Virus record (IMG/VR): IMGVR_UViG_3300030060_002588
Location: 1 to 53,233 of that record
From: a virus
Taxonomy: Duplodnaviria; Caudoviricetes
Length of the DNA stretch: 53,233 bases
Strand: one strand, 5' to 3'
Below are positions 10,251 to 20,384 of the stretch, piece by piece (the first letter of the stretch is position 1; every line of letters begins with the position of its first letter). The position numbers and the translations under genes are program-made. The notes beneath the pieces are model-generated. The model did no database searches and was not told the DNA's origin. It saw only the letters and a list, made by a program, of their open reading frames with translations.

Positions 10251-10532
10251 TTAACCTTTATAAGCTATTACTTTACCACTAGCAAGTGACATTACTTCAA
10301 ATCTACCAAATATAGTGACACCTTTTGGAATTGTAAAATCAGCAGCATCTTCCATAGTATCTTCTATATTTGTACAATCACTTTTATCAACTATAGAATC
10401 TTCAAGAGCTGTAACAGCTACATAAGGACCTGTGTGTTGTGCAGTATCATCTATATATATTGAACCAGCTTGTCCAAGTGCAGCATTTTGTGCTTCTTGT
10501 ACGGTTAATTTACTTAAACTTCTTTTTGCCAT
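10251..10532 (-). CDS. Small structural protein
   Basis: 93-aa ORF with AGGAGG SD in the structural module. Confidence 0.65.
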   Translation of the reverse strand: MAKRSLSKLTVQEAQNAALGQAGSIYIDDTAQHTGPYVAVTALEDSIVDKSDCTNIEDTMEDAADFTIPKGVTIFGRFEVMSLASGKVIAYKG

Positions 10533-10543
10533 ATTATCCTCCT

Positions 10544-10572
10544 GCCCTAAGCTTTGGCTAGCGTGAATGGGC
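10544..10572 (-). promoter_or_regulatory. Small RNA hairpin abutting the SD of 10251..10532
   Basis: Minus strand GCCC-ATTCAC-GCT-AGCCAA-AGC-TTA-GGGC followed directly by AGGAGG. Confidence 0.35.
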
Positions 10573-10584
10573 TATTTGTTATTA

Positions 10585-11235
10585 TTATCGTATTGCATGT
10601 GCACCAGGAGTCATTATCCTTAGTCCACTAATTCTTGATGTTTCATATTTTTCTATCATTTTTTGAAACTCTCTTAATGCAAACTGCCTTACATCTAATT
10701 GACCTGCATCTTCTGCCATTTTAGCTTTAACATAATACACTAAAGCTTTTTGTAAATAATTAGGTAAATCAAACTCAAAAGATTCATCTTCTAATACGCT
10801 TACATCTTGCGATAATGTTGATGCTTCTGTTACTGAGTCACCATTATATTTAGTTTTTAGTATTAATGTAGTAGCTCCAGATATAGCAGCATTTACTTGA
10901 TGCAATCCATTCCATTTATCAGAACCAGTAATTAATATCCATTGGTCTTCAGATGCACTCATAGATGCAACAGTAAGAGACAACAAGCCATTTGATTCTG
11001 TATATGCAGATATAGCTATTGTATCATCTAAATCATTTATTCTATATGTAGGGGAATAACTATATTTTATTTCTATTCCATCTGTTACAGTTGTTATTGG
11101 AGATTCCCATCTATGCTTTGTAGCACCTGGCCCAAAATCTTTATTAGTTACATTATTATCAAATGATACATCTTTTTCTATAATAGCAACTTTATTACCA
11201 TCTAAATAATATGCATATTGTTTACTTGCTGCCAT
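10585..11235 (-). CDS. Head-tail adaptor/ring-type protein (C-terminal part)
   Basis: IEIKYSYSP and LPNYLQKALVYYVKAKM helix typical of podovirus adaptor proteins. Confidence 0.5.
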   Translation of the reverse strand: MAASKQYAYYLDGNKVAIIEKDVSFDNNVTNKDFGPGATKHRWESPITTVTDGIEIKYSYSPTYRINDLDDTIAISAYTESNGLLSLTVASMSASEDQWILITGSDKWNGLHQVNAAISGATTLILKTKYNGDSVTEASTLSQDVSVLEDESFEFDLPNYLQKALVYYVKAKMAEDAGQLDVRQFALREFQKMIEKYETSRISGLRIMTPGAHAIR

Positions 11236-11516
11236 TATACTGCATCTCCATCTTTAACTACAGGTTTATTTATCATTCTAGGTATAGACCTATATTCATC
11301 TCTTGAATTTAAATGATTCTTTACTCTTATATCAAGCATCTTAATCATCTCATTTGGAAGAGTATAAAATCTTTTATCTTTTTCTAAGTCTATTCTCTCT
11401 ACTTTTGTGTGAACTTCTGTTAACATTTGTATTTCTTCTAAACCATCTTTGATATAAGCAATAGCCCTACCAGTTTGATTTAAACCTGCTCTTTCCATTA
11501 ATTCTTTAACTGTCAT
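11235..11516 (-). CDS. Adaptor-like protein (N-terminal part)
   Basis: MTVKELMER start and YTLPNEMIKMLDIRV motif; TAATG-coupled to the next gene. Confidence 0.5.
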   Translation of the reverse strand: MTVKELMERAGLNQTGRAIAYIKDGLEEIQMLTEVHTKVERIDLEKDKRFYTLPNEMIKMLDIRVKNHLNSRDEYRSIPRMINKPVVKDGDAV

Positions 11517-11524
11517 AATATCTC

Positions 11525-12040
11525 CTAAGCTACATTATTTAATATTGCAGATACAATTAATCTTACATTGTCTCCAGATGATGTTGCTGATGACGGAACT
11601 CCATTTACCACATTAACTGTTACGCCATGTAAATCTGCTATTGTTGTGTTAGGGCATTTAATTGCTATAATTTCATTTGGCCCTAAAAATATACCATCTC
11701 CTAAATTATAAGCAGCTGTACCTGCATCTAAACATATTACTACTCCTTTTGTAGTAGAAGAATTTCCATCGGAAGTTCCAGTATGTTTAATAACTATCCA
11801 TTTAATTTTATCTCCAGTTGCTACTGCTCCTGCACCAGTTGTAGGTCCTAAATAATCTTCAGTAGTTCCAAGTATATCTCCAGAACTATGCGTTACAGTA
11901 GGTTCAGCATATATCCAGCCATCACCACTACTAGATGTTAATTGGTTTGAAATATCAAAGTCTAAAGTACCTTTTAATTTTCTTTTTATATTATCAGGCA
12001 TTATAGTTGCTGATAATCCACATAAAGCTTTATCTGACAT
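11525..12040 (-). CDS. Structural protein, unknown function
   Basis: 171-aa Gly/Ser/Thr-rich ORF in the head-tail module. Confidence 0.6.
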   Translation of the reverse strand: MSDKALCGLSATIMPDNIKRKLKGTLDFDISNQLTSSSGDGWIYAEPTVTHSSGDILGTTEDYLGPTTGAGAVATGDKIKWIVIKHTGTSDGNSSTTKGVVICLDAGTAAYNLGDGIFLGPNEIIAIKCPNTTIADLHGVTVNVVNGVPSSATSSGDNVRLIVSAILNNVA

Positions 12041-13071
12041 TATTCTTCCCTTTCGTTTTCTTCAGCAGACTTAGTCATAGTTAAGCCTATTGACTCATTA
12101 TATTTTGACATTAATTTCATATATTCATCCATATACCATTTATATTCTGCAGCTTTTACTTGTAATTCAGCTGAATAAGTACCTATTTCGGCTTGATACT
12201 TATTTACTTCAGCAGTATACTCTCCAGCAATAATTTGCGAATCTCTATCTTTATTTGCTGTTTCTACTTCTATAGTAGATTTAAAAACTTCAAGCTCTCT
12301 ATTATATTCACCAATAGATAGTTCTAAATTTTTTGAATATATTTCTAACTCTTTACTAATTACATCAAATTCTTTTGAAGCTTTATCAAAATCTTCTTTA
12401 TTTATAGATTGATTTACTTTATTAAAACTAGCATTAAAATCTAATGGATTAGTTAATACTGGCAAAGGAGGTAGATTAACATTATCTACATCAAATATTG
12501 CAGGTTGTGGTGCTGTAGGCTTTACAGGCATATTATTATGTATATTATTAGCAGCTGCTTGACAACTCATAGCTGCCGCATATGTCATAATTAAATCTTC
12601 ATATTCATCTGGAAAATCTTCAATAGAACTGTCGCTATATAAAACATCTTTATAAGTTACATGACTTATAATGCCTCTTGTAACACTACTAGTAGGCTTA
12701 GGTAATACAAATAATTTTTGGTTAGATGTATAAAAACATGGATTAAAAGCACTTCTATAATACAAACTAGTTTTATCAGTTGCTAAATATTTTATAGCAG
12801 AAGGTATTTGTGCTGCTGGTCTTACATCATCAGAATTACCATTTTCTCTAACAACAGATAATACAACACCATTTACAGTTACACCTGTTCCATTATCAAT
12901 AGCCTGAGATGCAAACTTATAAGATTCTTGCGGATTTATTCTTATTAATTTATTAATTAAATCTTTAACTGCATCAGTCAAAAAATTACTAACTTCAGTT
13001 TGAGTAGGTGCAGAAGAATCTGTAATATCTATTTGCGTAATACCTTCTATTTGTTGTTCAAATGTTGCCAT
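12040..13071 (-). CDS. Head-tail adaptor/ring protein with a C-terminal coiled coil
   Basis: KLFVLPKP and FPDEYEDLIMTYAA motifs, long helical C-terminus, downstream of the capsid genes. Confidence 0.55.
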   Translation of the reverse strand: MATFEQQIEGITQIDITDSSAPTQTEVSNFLTDAVKDLINKLIRINPQESYKFASQAIDNGTGVTVNGVVLSVVRENGNSDDVRPAAQIPSAIKYLATDKTSLYYRSAFNPCFYTSNQKLFVLPKPTSSVTRGIISHVTYKDVLYSDSSIEDFPDEYEDLIMTYAAAMSCQAAANNIHNNMPVKPTAPQPAIFDVDNVNLPPLPVLTNPLDFNASFNKVNQSINKEDFDKASKEFDVISKELEIYSKNLELSIGEYNRELEVFKSTIEVETANKDRDSQIIAGEYTAEVNKYQAEIGTYSAELQVKAAEYKWYMDEYMKLMSKYNESIGLTMTKSAEENEREE

Positions 13072-13079
13072 AGTTTATC

Positions 13080-13544
13080 CTATACGCTAGCTACAAATAC
13101 TTCAACATCAATAGCGTTACCATCAGGATTTACTTGTATTGAAGCTAAATCAGCCATTGTTCCAAAACTTGGACTAGTGTCTGCTTCAGATAACATTAAA
13201 GCTTCAGGATTGCCTAGTATATGACTTTCACCTGCTGCTAACTCTACTTGATATAAAGTAGCTGCTCCAACAACTGCTAGTTCTAATGCATTGGTATCAT
13301 CTTTATTTGTAATTCTTATATATTTGGCATCTTGTAAATCTATTGCACCTGCGGCACCATGCACATCAGCATTAAAAGTTAATACTGTAGTTGTTTGACT
13401 AGCTGGGCATGTAACTATTCTTTTAAATACTTCATCTATAGCTGATATAGAAAGAGTGTTTGTTCCACCTTGTTGTTGACCATTTAGTGTTACACTTTCT
13501 GTAATAGTTACAGTCATAGTAGCATTTGTTATTGTTGTTGCCAT
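13080..13544 (-). CDS. Structural protein (beta-rich)
   Basis: 154-aa ORF, AAGGAG SD. Confidence 0.65.
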   Translation of the reverse strand: MATTITNATMTVTITESVTLNGQQQGGTNTLSISAIDEVFKRIVTCPASQTTTVLTFNADVHGAAGAIDLQDAKYIRITNKDDTNALELAVVGAATLYQVELAAGESHILGNPEALMLSEADTSPSFGTMADLASIQVNPDGNAIDVEVFVASV

Positions 13545-13566
13545 TTATTTAAATCTCCTTAGTTTT

Positions 13567-13613
13567 GAGCCTACCCTCCTTTTTGGAGAAACAACCAATA
13601 GGAGAGTAGACTC
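13567..13613 (-). promoter_or_regulatory. Long intergenic stem-loop after the capsid genes (mRNA stabiliser, processing site or partial terminator)
   Basis: Minus strand GAGTCTACTCTCCT...AGGAGGGTAGGCTC, 14 bp including two G-U pairs that work only on the minus strand; no U-tract on that strand. Confidence 0.6.
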
Positions 13614-13634
13614 TTTTTATTCTTATTTAACTTA

Positions 13635-14018
13635 CTAGCTTAAAGCTACTGAGCCAACGTTTTCTACAATAGTTCCATTTCCTGCTGAGTCAAATACACA
13701 TATTATGCATTCATTTGCAGCATTTAATGTTACTACAGTATTACTACCGTCCCAAGTACCTTGAGATAAAGTTACAGTATGAGCTTGAGTACCAGAAGCA
13801 CTAGTATTTTTTATAATAACTACTTGTCCTTTCCAGTCTAAGCCTCTACATCCAGTAATCGCACAAACACCGTCAGTTCTAGCAACTTCAATAAACCTAA
13901 CTACTGTGCTATCTACTGCACCACCTGCATCTGTAAACTTTACCATATAGGAGCTAGCATCTGCTGACAAAGCTATTTCATTATCAGCTTTATTTTGTCC
14001 ATACATTGGATTTGCCAT
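13635..14018 (-). CDS. Putative capsid decoration/auxiliary protein
   Basis: 127-aa beta-rich ORF immediately after the major capsid gene. Confidence 0.5.
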   Translation of the reverse strand: MANPMYGQNKADNEIALSADASSYMVKFTDAGGAVDSTVVRFIEVARTDGVCAITGCRGLDWKGQVVIIKNTSASGTQAHTVTLSQGTWDGSNTVVTLNAANECIICVFDSAGNGTIVENVGSVALS

Positions 14019-14029
14019 ATTCTATCTCC

Positions 14030-15580
14030 TTATAGCCAGACAGCATGAGATTCAGGCATTGACCATTCCATCCCAGCTTCTGTTAAAATTAAATCTACTC
14101 TTCTGTCGACACCTGAGTTCTCTAAAGTTTGAACTCCAACGTAGATTGATGTATCTCTGTTAATACCATTACCAACAAGAGGTCTGTATGCACAGTTTTT
14201 CATATCAATACCAAGCATTTTGATATTAGTACCGTCTAAGTGAATATTTCTAGCAACATTCATATCACCGTATGGTGTTGAGAATGTAGTAATATCTACA
14301 CCTAGAACTTTTTTCTTGCCAGTCATAGCAAAGTCAGCTGTGTACATAGCACCTCTATTATCAGCAGCATTACCTATTGATAAGTTGTTGTGTATGTATC
14401 CACCTAATTTATGCATCCAGTTATAAACTGCTGTACTAACAAAAAATACAGTTGCAGTACTTGAGTTATATCTTGGGTCTAGGTAATTAGACATATCATC
14501 TAAGAAATCATCAGCAGTTTTAGTTGCTGTGTCTAAGCTAAACTGGTTACCATATCCTAAGATATAATCTACAGCACCTTGTGTTGTATAGTATGTATCA
14601 CTCTGAGTACCAAACAAGAGAGAAGCTTCCATATCAAACTTATGTTCAATCAACTTCTCTTTCCAAACTCTAGCCCACTCATTACCTTCATATTTTAATG
14701 ACGTTGCTCTAGCTGTATTAGTCATTGCACATGTAGTTTTGAATATTTGAGTTCTACCAAAGTTTGTAGAGTATGGTTGGTCTTTCCATGTTTCAGGATA
14801 ACCTTCTCCTTCACCATGAGCTGTACCAACAACATATGAACGAGAGCCTTCTAAAACACTAGAAATAGATTGGTCTGCAACTACTTCATCACCAGCAGCT
14901 CCGCCAGGACCAAAGTTATTTGTATGAAAAGAAGCAAGTTCATTTTTGCCTGATTCAAATTTAATAACTTTTCCATCAACTCTAGCACATTCTTTACTAT
15001 CTTTGCTTAGTCCTGTAACAACATTTGTTACTTTTACTAAGTGATAACCAGTAGGAGCACCATCTCCACCGCCTGTAGCATTTACAGGTATTTTTACTAT
15101 TTGTCCTGGTAGGAAAAACTCAGGAGATGTTCCTGTGCCACCTACACTAACATCAGTAGCTGTGTTACCATACACGTTTTGAATGTTACCAGAAGATTTC
15201 CAGTCAGTAGCCATGTATAATTGAACATTATGTCCTACTTGACTAACTGCTGCTCCAGCATCTGATTGGTCTAGTTCTGCATCTGCAAACTCGTCACTTC
15301 CATTAGAAACGAATCCCATTACATATGCGTATCTTTTGTGGTATGAACCTCTTTTTTCAGTAAATTTAAACTGAGGGTCATCCGTTGGTTTTTTACTTAC
15401 TTTACTAACAAAACGAAAGAAAGGGTCCTGAGCTATTGCTAACTCAGAAACTCGGTCACCAAAATTATACTTACGCCTTAAGTCACCAGTATTCAGGGAA
15501 TTTCCTGCTCCTGGTCCCATACCGTTATCAAAATCGGTAACCCCTAATTCGCTCAGTTGAACGTAATCATTTAAAGCCAT
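14030..15580 (-). CDS. Major capsid protein
   Basis: Order portal-scaffold-MCP; GRTQIFK, EHKFDMEASLLFG, TPYGDMNV, ILTEAGME segments typical of HK97-fold podovirus capsids; strong AGGAGG SD. Confidence 0.85.
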   Translation of the reverse strand: MALNDYVQLSELGVTDFDNGMGPGAGNSLNTGDLRRKYNFGDRVSELAIAQDPFFRFVSKVSKKPTDDPQFKFTEKRGSYHKRYAYVMGFVSNGSDEFADAELDQSDAGAAVSQVGHNVQLYMATDWKSSGNIQNVYGNTATDVSVGGTGTSPEFFLPGQIVKIPVNATGGGDGAPTGYHLVKVTNVVTGLSKDSKECARVDGKVIKFESGKNELASFHTNNFGPGGAAGDEVVADQSISSVLEGSRSYVVGTAHGEGEGYPETWKDQPYSTNFGRTQIFKTTCAMTNTARATSLKYEGNEWARVWKEKLIEHKFDMEASLLFGTQSDTYYTTQGAVDYILGYGNQFSLDTATKTADDFLDDMSNYLDPRYNSSTATVFFVSTAVYNWMHKLGGYIHNNLSIGNAADNRGAMYTADFAMTGKKKVLGVDITTFSTPYGDMNVARNIHLDGTNIKMLGIDMKNCAYRPLVGNGINRDTSIYVGVQTLENSGVDRRVDLILTEAGMEWSMPESHAVWL

Positions 15581-15629
15581 TATAGCCTCCTATTTATTTC
15601 AAGGGTTAAGTCAGGCTATGGCTATGCCA

Positions 15630-16523
15630 TTAACCTAACAGTTCTTCGATATTTCCATCTGAACTAAGTAACGCATCAAAAACAGAATCACTAGGATTCG
15701 CAGGCTTACCTGCATTGTTTGCATTACTAGCACTAGTAGGTATGTTACGTACATTTTTCATTTGATTAAGCATATCAGATTTAGTAGCGTTAGCAACATT
15801 TTCAGTTACCCTATTTTGATTTAAAATAAGATACATATCATCAAATGTCATTCCTTGTTTAGAAAATCTTTCTTGAGCTTCTGCAACGAAGTTTTCAAAC
15901 TCCTGAACAGTTAAACCGTTTTTTTGCATAAACTCATTAGCAGACTTACTAACTTGATTTTTATAAGCCATTTGTTGATTTTGTTGTTGTTGCTGTGCCA
16001 TAATTTGAGAAGCTTTTTGATTGACAGCATTTCCAATCATTTTGTCAAAAACTTTTCTAGAATTAGACTCAGGATTATTGACCATTTCATCAGGGTCAAA
16101 TACAAAGTCTTCAGGTAGATTTAAGTTATTTTTAACATCACTTGGAACATTGCCACCTTCTTCAAAATAGTTACGAACATGACTCACTAGATTTCCATCT
16201 TTTTTCATCGCATCTAACACAGGCATGAAAGGTTGCAGCTCATTAAGCTGGGCTCTCATTTTTTGTGCTTCACGACTGGAATCACTATACCTCTTTTTTA
16301 AAGTTTCTATTTCAGAGGGTTGTGCACCATCAGTTACAGACTGTTGAGCTTGTGAGGGGTCCACTTGTGGAGTTTCCTGAGCTTGTGTCTTAGGCGTAAC
16401 TTCTTTGTCTTGAACTAGTCCATTTACGTCTTGTTCAAGAGCTTCAAAGAAATTGTCACTATCGGAGCCAAATACACCATCTTCTAGTGCTTTTGGGTTA
16501 CCTTGTGCGTTTTCTTCATTCAT
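15630..16523 (-). CDS. Capsid scaffolding protein
   Basis: Acidic, Gln-rich coiled coil with KKRYSDSSREAQ, between portal and MCP. Confidence 0.75.
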   Translation of the reverse strand: MNEENAQGNPKALEDGVFGSDSDNFFEALEQDVNGLVQDKEVTPKTQAQETPQVDPSQAQQSVTDGAQPSEIETLKKRYSDSSREAQKMRAQLNELQPFMPVLDAMKKDGNLVSHVRNYFEEGGNVPSDVKNNLNLPEDFVFDPDEMVNNPESNSRKVFDKMIGNAVNQKASQIMAQQQQQNQQMAYKNQVSKSANEFMQKNGLTVQEFENFVAEAQERFSKQGMTFDDMYLILNQNRVTENVANATKSDMLNQMKNVRNIPTSASNANNAGKPANPSDSVFDALLSSDGNIEELLG

Positions 16524-16551
16524 AATTAATTTCTCCTTATAATTAACATAT

Positions 16552-16580
16552 AATATAGTTTAGTCAGAGCTTTCCTGCAA
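16552..16580 (-). promoter_or_regulatory. sigma70-like promoter TTGCAG-N17-TATATT for the scaffold/capsid operon
   Basis: -35 at 16580-16575, -10 at 16557-16552, 17-nt spacer. Confidence 0.65.
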
Positions 16581-18836
16581 ACGTTTATTACGTTGCTGAA
16601 TAGTCTCTTTGGTTGTTTTTACTTCATTTTCCATTGTCTTTCTAAAATTCTTTTGAGCAAAGACACTTTCAAATTCTTGTTTTGCAATGCTTGTTTTAGC
16701 ATCATTAGTTCTTTTATTAATCTCAACATCGCCTTGCATAATTTTATTTTTAATACCTGCTTGTACTAGTTGTCTTTCAAGTGTTTCAATTGTACCATCT
16801 TTATCTTTAATCGACTCTTCTAGATTTTGAAGCTGACTTGTTAATTGAGCATATGTACTCTTACGTTTAACAATTTGTTCTTTATTTCTAATATCAGTTT
16901 CAGCAAGTACAGCTATATCGTCAACAACTCCAAGATTCATAAGTTGTTTTAATTCTTCTAAATATGCCCATCTATTAACAGGTAGTGTAGAGCCTGATAC
17001 TATTCTAATATCAAATTTTGCAGCTTCATAGTCTCTCCATTTTCCTATAGCTTTTCCAAAGTCATTATATATAGGAACATTTATCTCTACTTGTTTTTCT
17101 TCTTTTATTCCGTTAGGTTGTATAATTTTAAATACTTTGTGAGCAGTATAAACTGCTTGAGAATATTGTTTTACTATAATACCTAATTGTTTTAATCCTG
17201 GCTCAATACAATGTTTTAACCAATATTTAATTCTTCTTGTACCATACTCATCCATTGCAAGCATACCTTTGTAAGGCATTTGTTGATTAGATGCAGCGTC
17301 TCCCATTTGAGAAGAAAATATACCAGCTAAGTATTCCATATCCTGTTTACCAGTTTGTGTTAAACTGAAAAATGCATTGTTTAACTGAAAAGGTTGTACA
17401 GGTGTAGGAGGTGTATATCCTTGCCTAATAGGAAGTAAAGCTCCAGGGGAGCTAGAATATTTTTCCCAGTAATCTGTATCAACACTACCTTCTTCATACA
17501 TCCATCTTAAACTACTACCAAGCGATGCATTATGTATCATTAGCTGATGTGCTTTATTCATTTCTCTTTGCTTACCTATTAATGGAGATACAGCACTCAT
17601 AGGGAATGGTGTTCCTGTCCACTTATAATGAAATGGAACTATAGGATAATCTTCTAATGGTAAATATTTTTGATATAATGTTTTATCTCCAACTACACAA
17701 CAAAGCTTTACAACAGTTTTATGAAAAGGTATAGCATCTATTATTTTAGGAGCAAACCCTTTATCTTGCAATAATAAATCGTATTCTTTTTTAGAAATAG
17801 CTTTATTATCTGTTCTAGACGCTTCTTGTTGTAATCTGTTTTCTACTTCAATAGCATAAGATTGTAATTGCTGTGCAATCATTTCCTGTTCTTTTTTTAA
17901 TTCTAATTGCATTCTTTCAGGAAGCATTTTACCTTCTTCTACAGCCTTACCTAAACTTGCTTGTAATTCCATAAACTTAACTTCCATTTCAGACCTCATT
18001 TTAGCAACTGCTTCATCTGCTGTTCTTTTTATATCTGCAATCTTTTTTCTATCAGGAGGTATTCTGTAAAATAAATTAATATAAGGAACTTTTTCTTTTT
18101 CGTATAATTCATATAACTCTACAAGTTCATTTTCTTTTTCGCTATAAACAGAATTAGTATGCGTCATTTCTTTATACCCAAAATCTTTTTGAGTTAAGTC
18201 AGCTGTTTTTTCTGAATAATTTTCATACTCCGATTCATTTGAAGATGCTGCCATAATCTTTCTTTTGCTGTCAGGGAATAGTTGAACTAGGTGTCCTTTG
18301 GGGAGTATTTTGCGGATAAGAATATAAGCAGCATCTCTAAATAATAAATCTCTTGATTTGTTGTCGACATATATATCAAATGGTTCTGGTTGTTTTAAAA
18401 CTACTTCTCCCATACCTCTATCTGCATCATGGTCTACAGTTACCATCATATATCCTACAGATTTTGTTACAGCATCATTAACTGCATTAGAATACAAACT
18501 ATCTCCATCTGAACTACTCCATATATAACTAGCTATATCTGAATATACTGCAGCTATATCAGTATCACTACCCTCTGCTCCAACTGCTTGCCATCTAGGT
18601 GTTTGAGCTGTAGCATAAAAATTAAGCATTTCTACTACAGGTGTAATTCTATTAATAGTAAATGTAGGCATACCTTGTTCTTCCAAAGCTACCTTTTCAT
18701 CGTATGTTAATTGATTGTCATTTGCAAAATCAAAGCCTTTTTGATTTATATATTCCCATTGTATTCTATTATCTGTTTTTGAATATTGAAAAAGTTGTTG
18801 AACTCTTTCAGCTATTTTATCTTTTCTTTTGGCCAT
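16560..18836 (-). CDS. Portal protein, P22 gp1-like
   Basis: PTFTINRI, YPIVPF, QREMNK, FDIRIVSG motifs and a C-terminal coiled coil; 758 aa. Confidence 0.88.
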   Translation of the reverse strand: MAKRKDKIAERVQQLFQYSKTDNRIQWEYINQKGFDFANDNQLTYDEKVALEEQGMPTFTINRITPVVEMLNFYATAQTPRWQAVGAEGSDTDIAAVYSDIASYIWSSSDGDSLYSNAVNDAVTKSVGYMMVTVDHDADRGMGEVVLKQPEPFDIYVDNKSRDLLFRDAAYILIRKILPKGHLVQLFPDSKRKIMAASSNESEYENYSEKTADLTQKDFGYKEMTHTNSVYSEKENELVELYELYEKEKVPYINLFYRIPPDRKKIADIKRTADEAVAKMRSEMEVKFMELQASLGKAVEEGKMLPERMQLELKKEQEMIAQQLQSYAIEVENRLQQEASRTDNKAISKKEYDLLLQDKGFAPKIIDAIPFHKTVVKLCCVVGDKTLYQKYLPLEDYPIVPFHYKWTGTPFPMSAVSPLIGKQREMNKAHQLMIHNASLGSSLRWMYEEGSVDTDYWEKYSSSPGALLPIRQGYTPPTPVQPFQLNNAFFSLTQTGKQDMEYLAGIFSSQMGDAASNQQMPYKGMLAMDEYGTRRIKYWLKHCIEPGLKQLGIIVKQYSQAVYTAHKVFKIIQPNGIKEEKQVEINVPIYNDFGKAIGKWRDYEAAKFDIRIVSGSTLPVNRWAYLEELKQLMNLGVVDDIAVLAETDIRNKEQIVKRKSTYAQLTSQLQNLEESIKDKDGTIETLERQLVQAGIKNKIMQGDVEINKRTNDAKTSIAKQEFESVFAQKNFRKTMENEVKTTKETIQQRNKRLQESSD

Positions 18837-19759
18837 TACATTCCTTCTGACATTTTATTATTATTTCTAGCCCTATTAGGAAATGGTTGTGTTATATAGT
18901 CCATTTCAGATGCAGGCCCAAATTGTCCATCAATATATGGACCACTATCTTTGTAAGGCTTGCCGCTTAATGGGTCTATATTAGAAACCATTGTAGCACC
19001 AATTGGTCTAGACTCAGGAGTAGAAGATACTTCTAATGGGTTATCAGGTATAGTGCTTACTGTATCAACATCTTCAAACCCTAAACCTCTTCCATGTCTT
19101 CTATACTTAGCTAATCTTTCTTCTCTGTCTCTAGTAGCTATCATATCCATTACAGAGTTCCATTCATCTTTTTCTTTTTGAGTAGATGGATATTCTAAAA
19201 TATCTCTAGCTTGTGCTAGTTTGTTTAAGGTTAATCCTAACATTTTATGAAAATTATCTATAGCTTGCCCTCCAATTCCTTGAAGTTTATCCATAGTAAA
19301 TTTCTTTATGTCTAAAGCATTTTTAAATAAAGGGTTGTCTGGACCTATAGCATTTTCATATGGACCTCCTGTACCTGCTAAATCGAAAGGAATATCATTT
19401 TTTAATATAGGGTCATCTTTTTCTAAATTATCCATAAAATCATTCCAACCTAATCTTAAATTTTCAGCTCCATCTTGAATGTTTTTTCCTAAACCAAATA
19501 AAGTTTTTCCTACTACTTTTCCAACTCCAGGAGCAAATGCTCTTTCTAATATAAAATCAGAAATATTATTTAAGTTTGATAATTGGTCAGTAGGTATTGG
19601 AACTTCTGCGTCCGTTAAACTATTGTTAATTTCTAAAGCTTTAGATGCCATAGGTCTATCTTCATAATATTCGTCTATAAGTTCTTTTGCTGTATCTAAC
19701 TCAAATTGGCCTGGCATAGCCTCATTTGGGTCCATAATATTATTAATTTTTTCTGCCAT
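18836..19759 (-). CDS. Hypothetical acidic protein
   Basis: 307-aa ORF with AAGGAG SD, TAATG-coupled to the portal gene. Confidence 0.7.
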   Translation of the reverse strand: MAEKINNIMDPNEAMPGQFELDTAKELIDEYYEDRPMASKALEINNSLTDAEVPIPTDQLSNLNNISDFILERAFAPGVGKVVGKTLFGLGKNIQDGAENLRLGWNDFMDNLEKDDPILKNDIPFDLAGTGGPYENAIGPDNPLFKNALDIKKFTMDKLQGIGGQAIDNFHKMLGLTLNKLAQARDILEYPSTQKEKDEWNSVMDMIATRDREERLAKYRRHGRGLGFEDVDTVSTIPDNPLEVSSTPESRPIGATMVSNIDPLSGKPYKDSGPYIDGQFGPASEMDYITQPFPNRARNNNKMSEGM

Positions 19760-19769
19760 AATAACTCCT

Positions 19770-19958
19770 TTATTTAAAATCTTCTAATTTAAACCAACCT
19801 AATAAAGCAATAAACAATGTAGCTAATGTTCCACCTATTCCTTTTATTCTAGAAATAGCAGATTCATTCTTTCTTACTCTACCGTTTATATCATCTACTC
19901 TTTTTCTAATATATTCTAGATGACTTATTATTAATTCGTCTGTATTTTTTTTATTCAT
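19770..19958 (-). CDS. 62-aa coiled-coil protein with a C-terminal TM helix
   Basis: More likely start is MNKKNTDEL at 19958, overlapping the upstream small ORF, than 20024. Confidence 0.55.
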   Translation of the reverse strand: MNKKNTDELIISHLEYIRKRVDDINGRVRKNESAISRIKGIGGTLATLFIALLGWFKLEDFK

Positions 19959-20070
19959 CTTTCCAGTCATTTTCTTCAAGCATATCAAACAACTCCCACT
20001 TTGATAAATATAATAAACCACCAAAAAAGACTACTATAAACCCTAGTATAAAGTAGCCTAAATAAATCAT
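19951..20070 (-). CDS. 39-aa single-TM membrane protein
   Basis: MIYLGYFILGFIVVFFGGLLYLSKWELFDMLEENDWKDE; ATGA overlap with the upstream gene. Confidence 0.55.
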   Translation of the reverse strand: MIYLGYFILGFIVVFFGGLLYLSKWELFDMLEENDWKDE

Positions 20071-20384
20071 CTGTTTTCATCATTGTTTAACATGTTTAAA
20101 AATTTATGCTTTAATCCATTACCACTTAATTTAGCAATAATTTCTACTAATGTTTTATAACTTCTTTCTAATCCTTTTTGTTCTATCTGCATTAATTTTT
20201 GCTGGTCTATTAGTTTTATTATTATTAACTCTACTCTATTAAATGATTCTCTTAATTCTTTTTGCAACTCATCTTGTATAAATCTATTTTGTTTCCATAT
20301 AAAAAATCCAAAAGCTAAAGCTACTGCTACAGGGATTCCAAAGGTTTCTAATATATTTAAAATATCCACTAGGCTATTACCCAA
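20067..20384 (-). CDS. Holin-like membrane protein (N-terminal TM plus coiled coil)
   Basis: FGIPVAVALAFGFFIW helix followed by heptads. Confidence 0.5.
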   Translation of the reverse strand: MGNSLVDILNILETFGIPVAVALAFGFFIWKQNRFIQDELQKELRESFNRVELIIIKLIDQQKLMQIEQKGLERSYKTLVEIIAKLSGNGLKHKFLNMLNNDENR

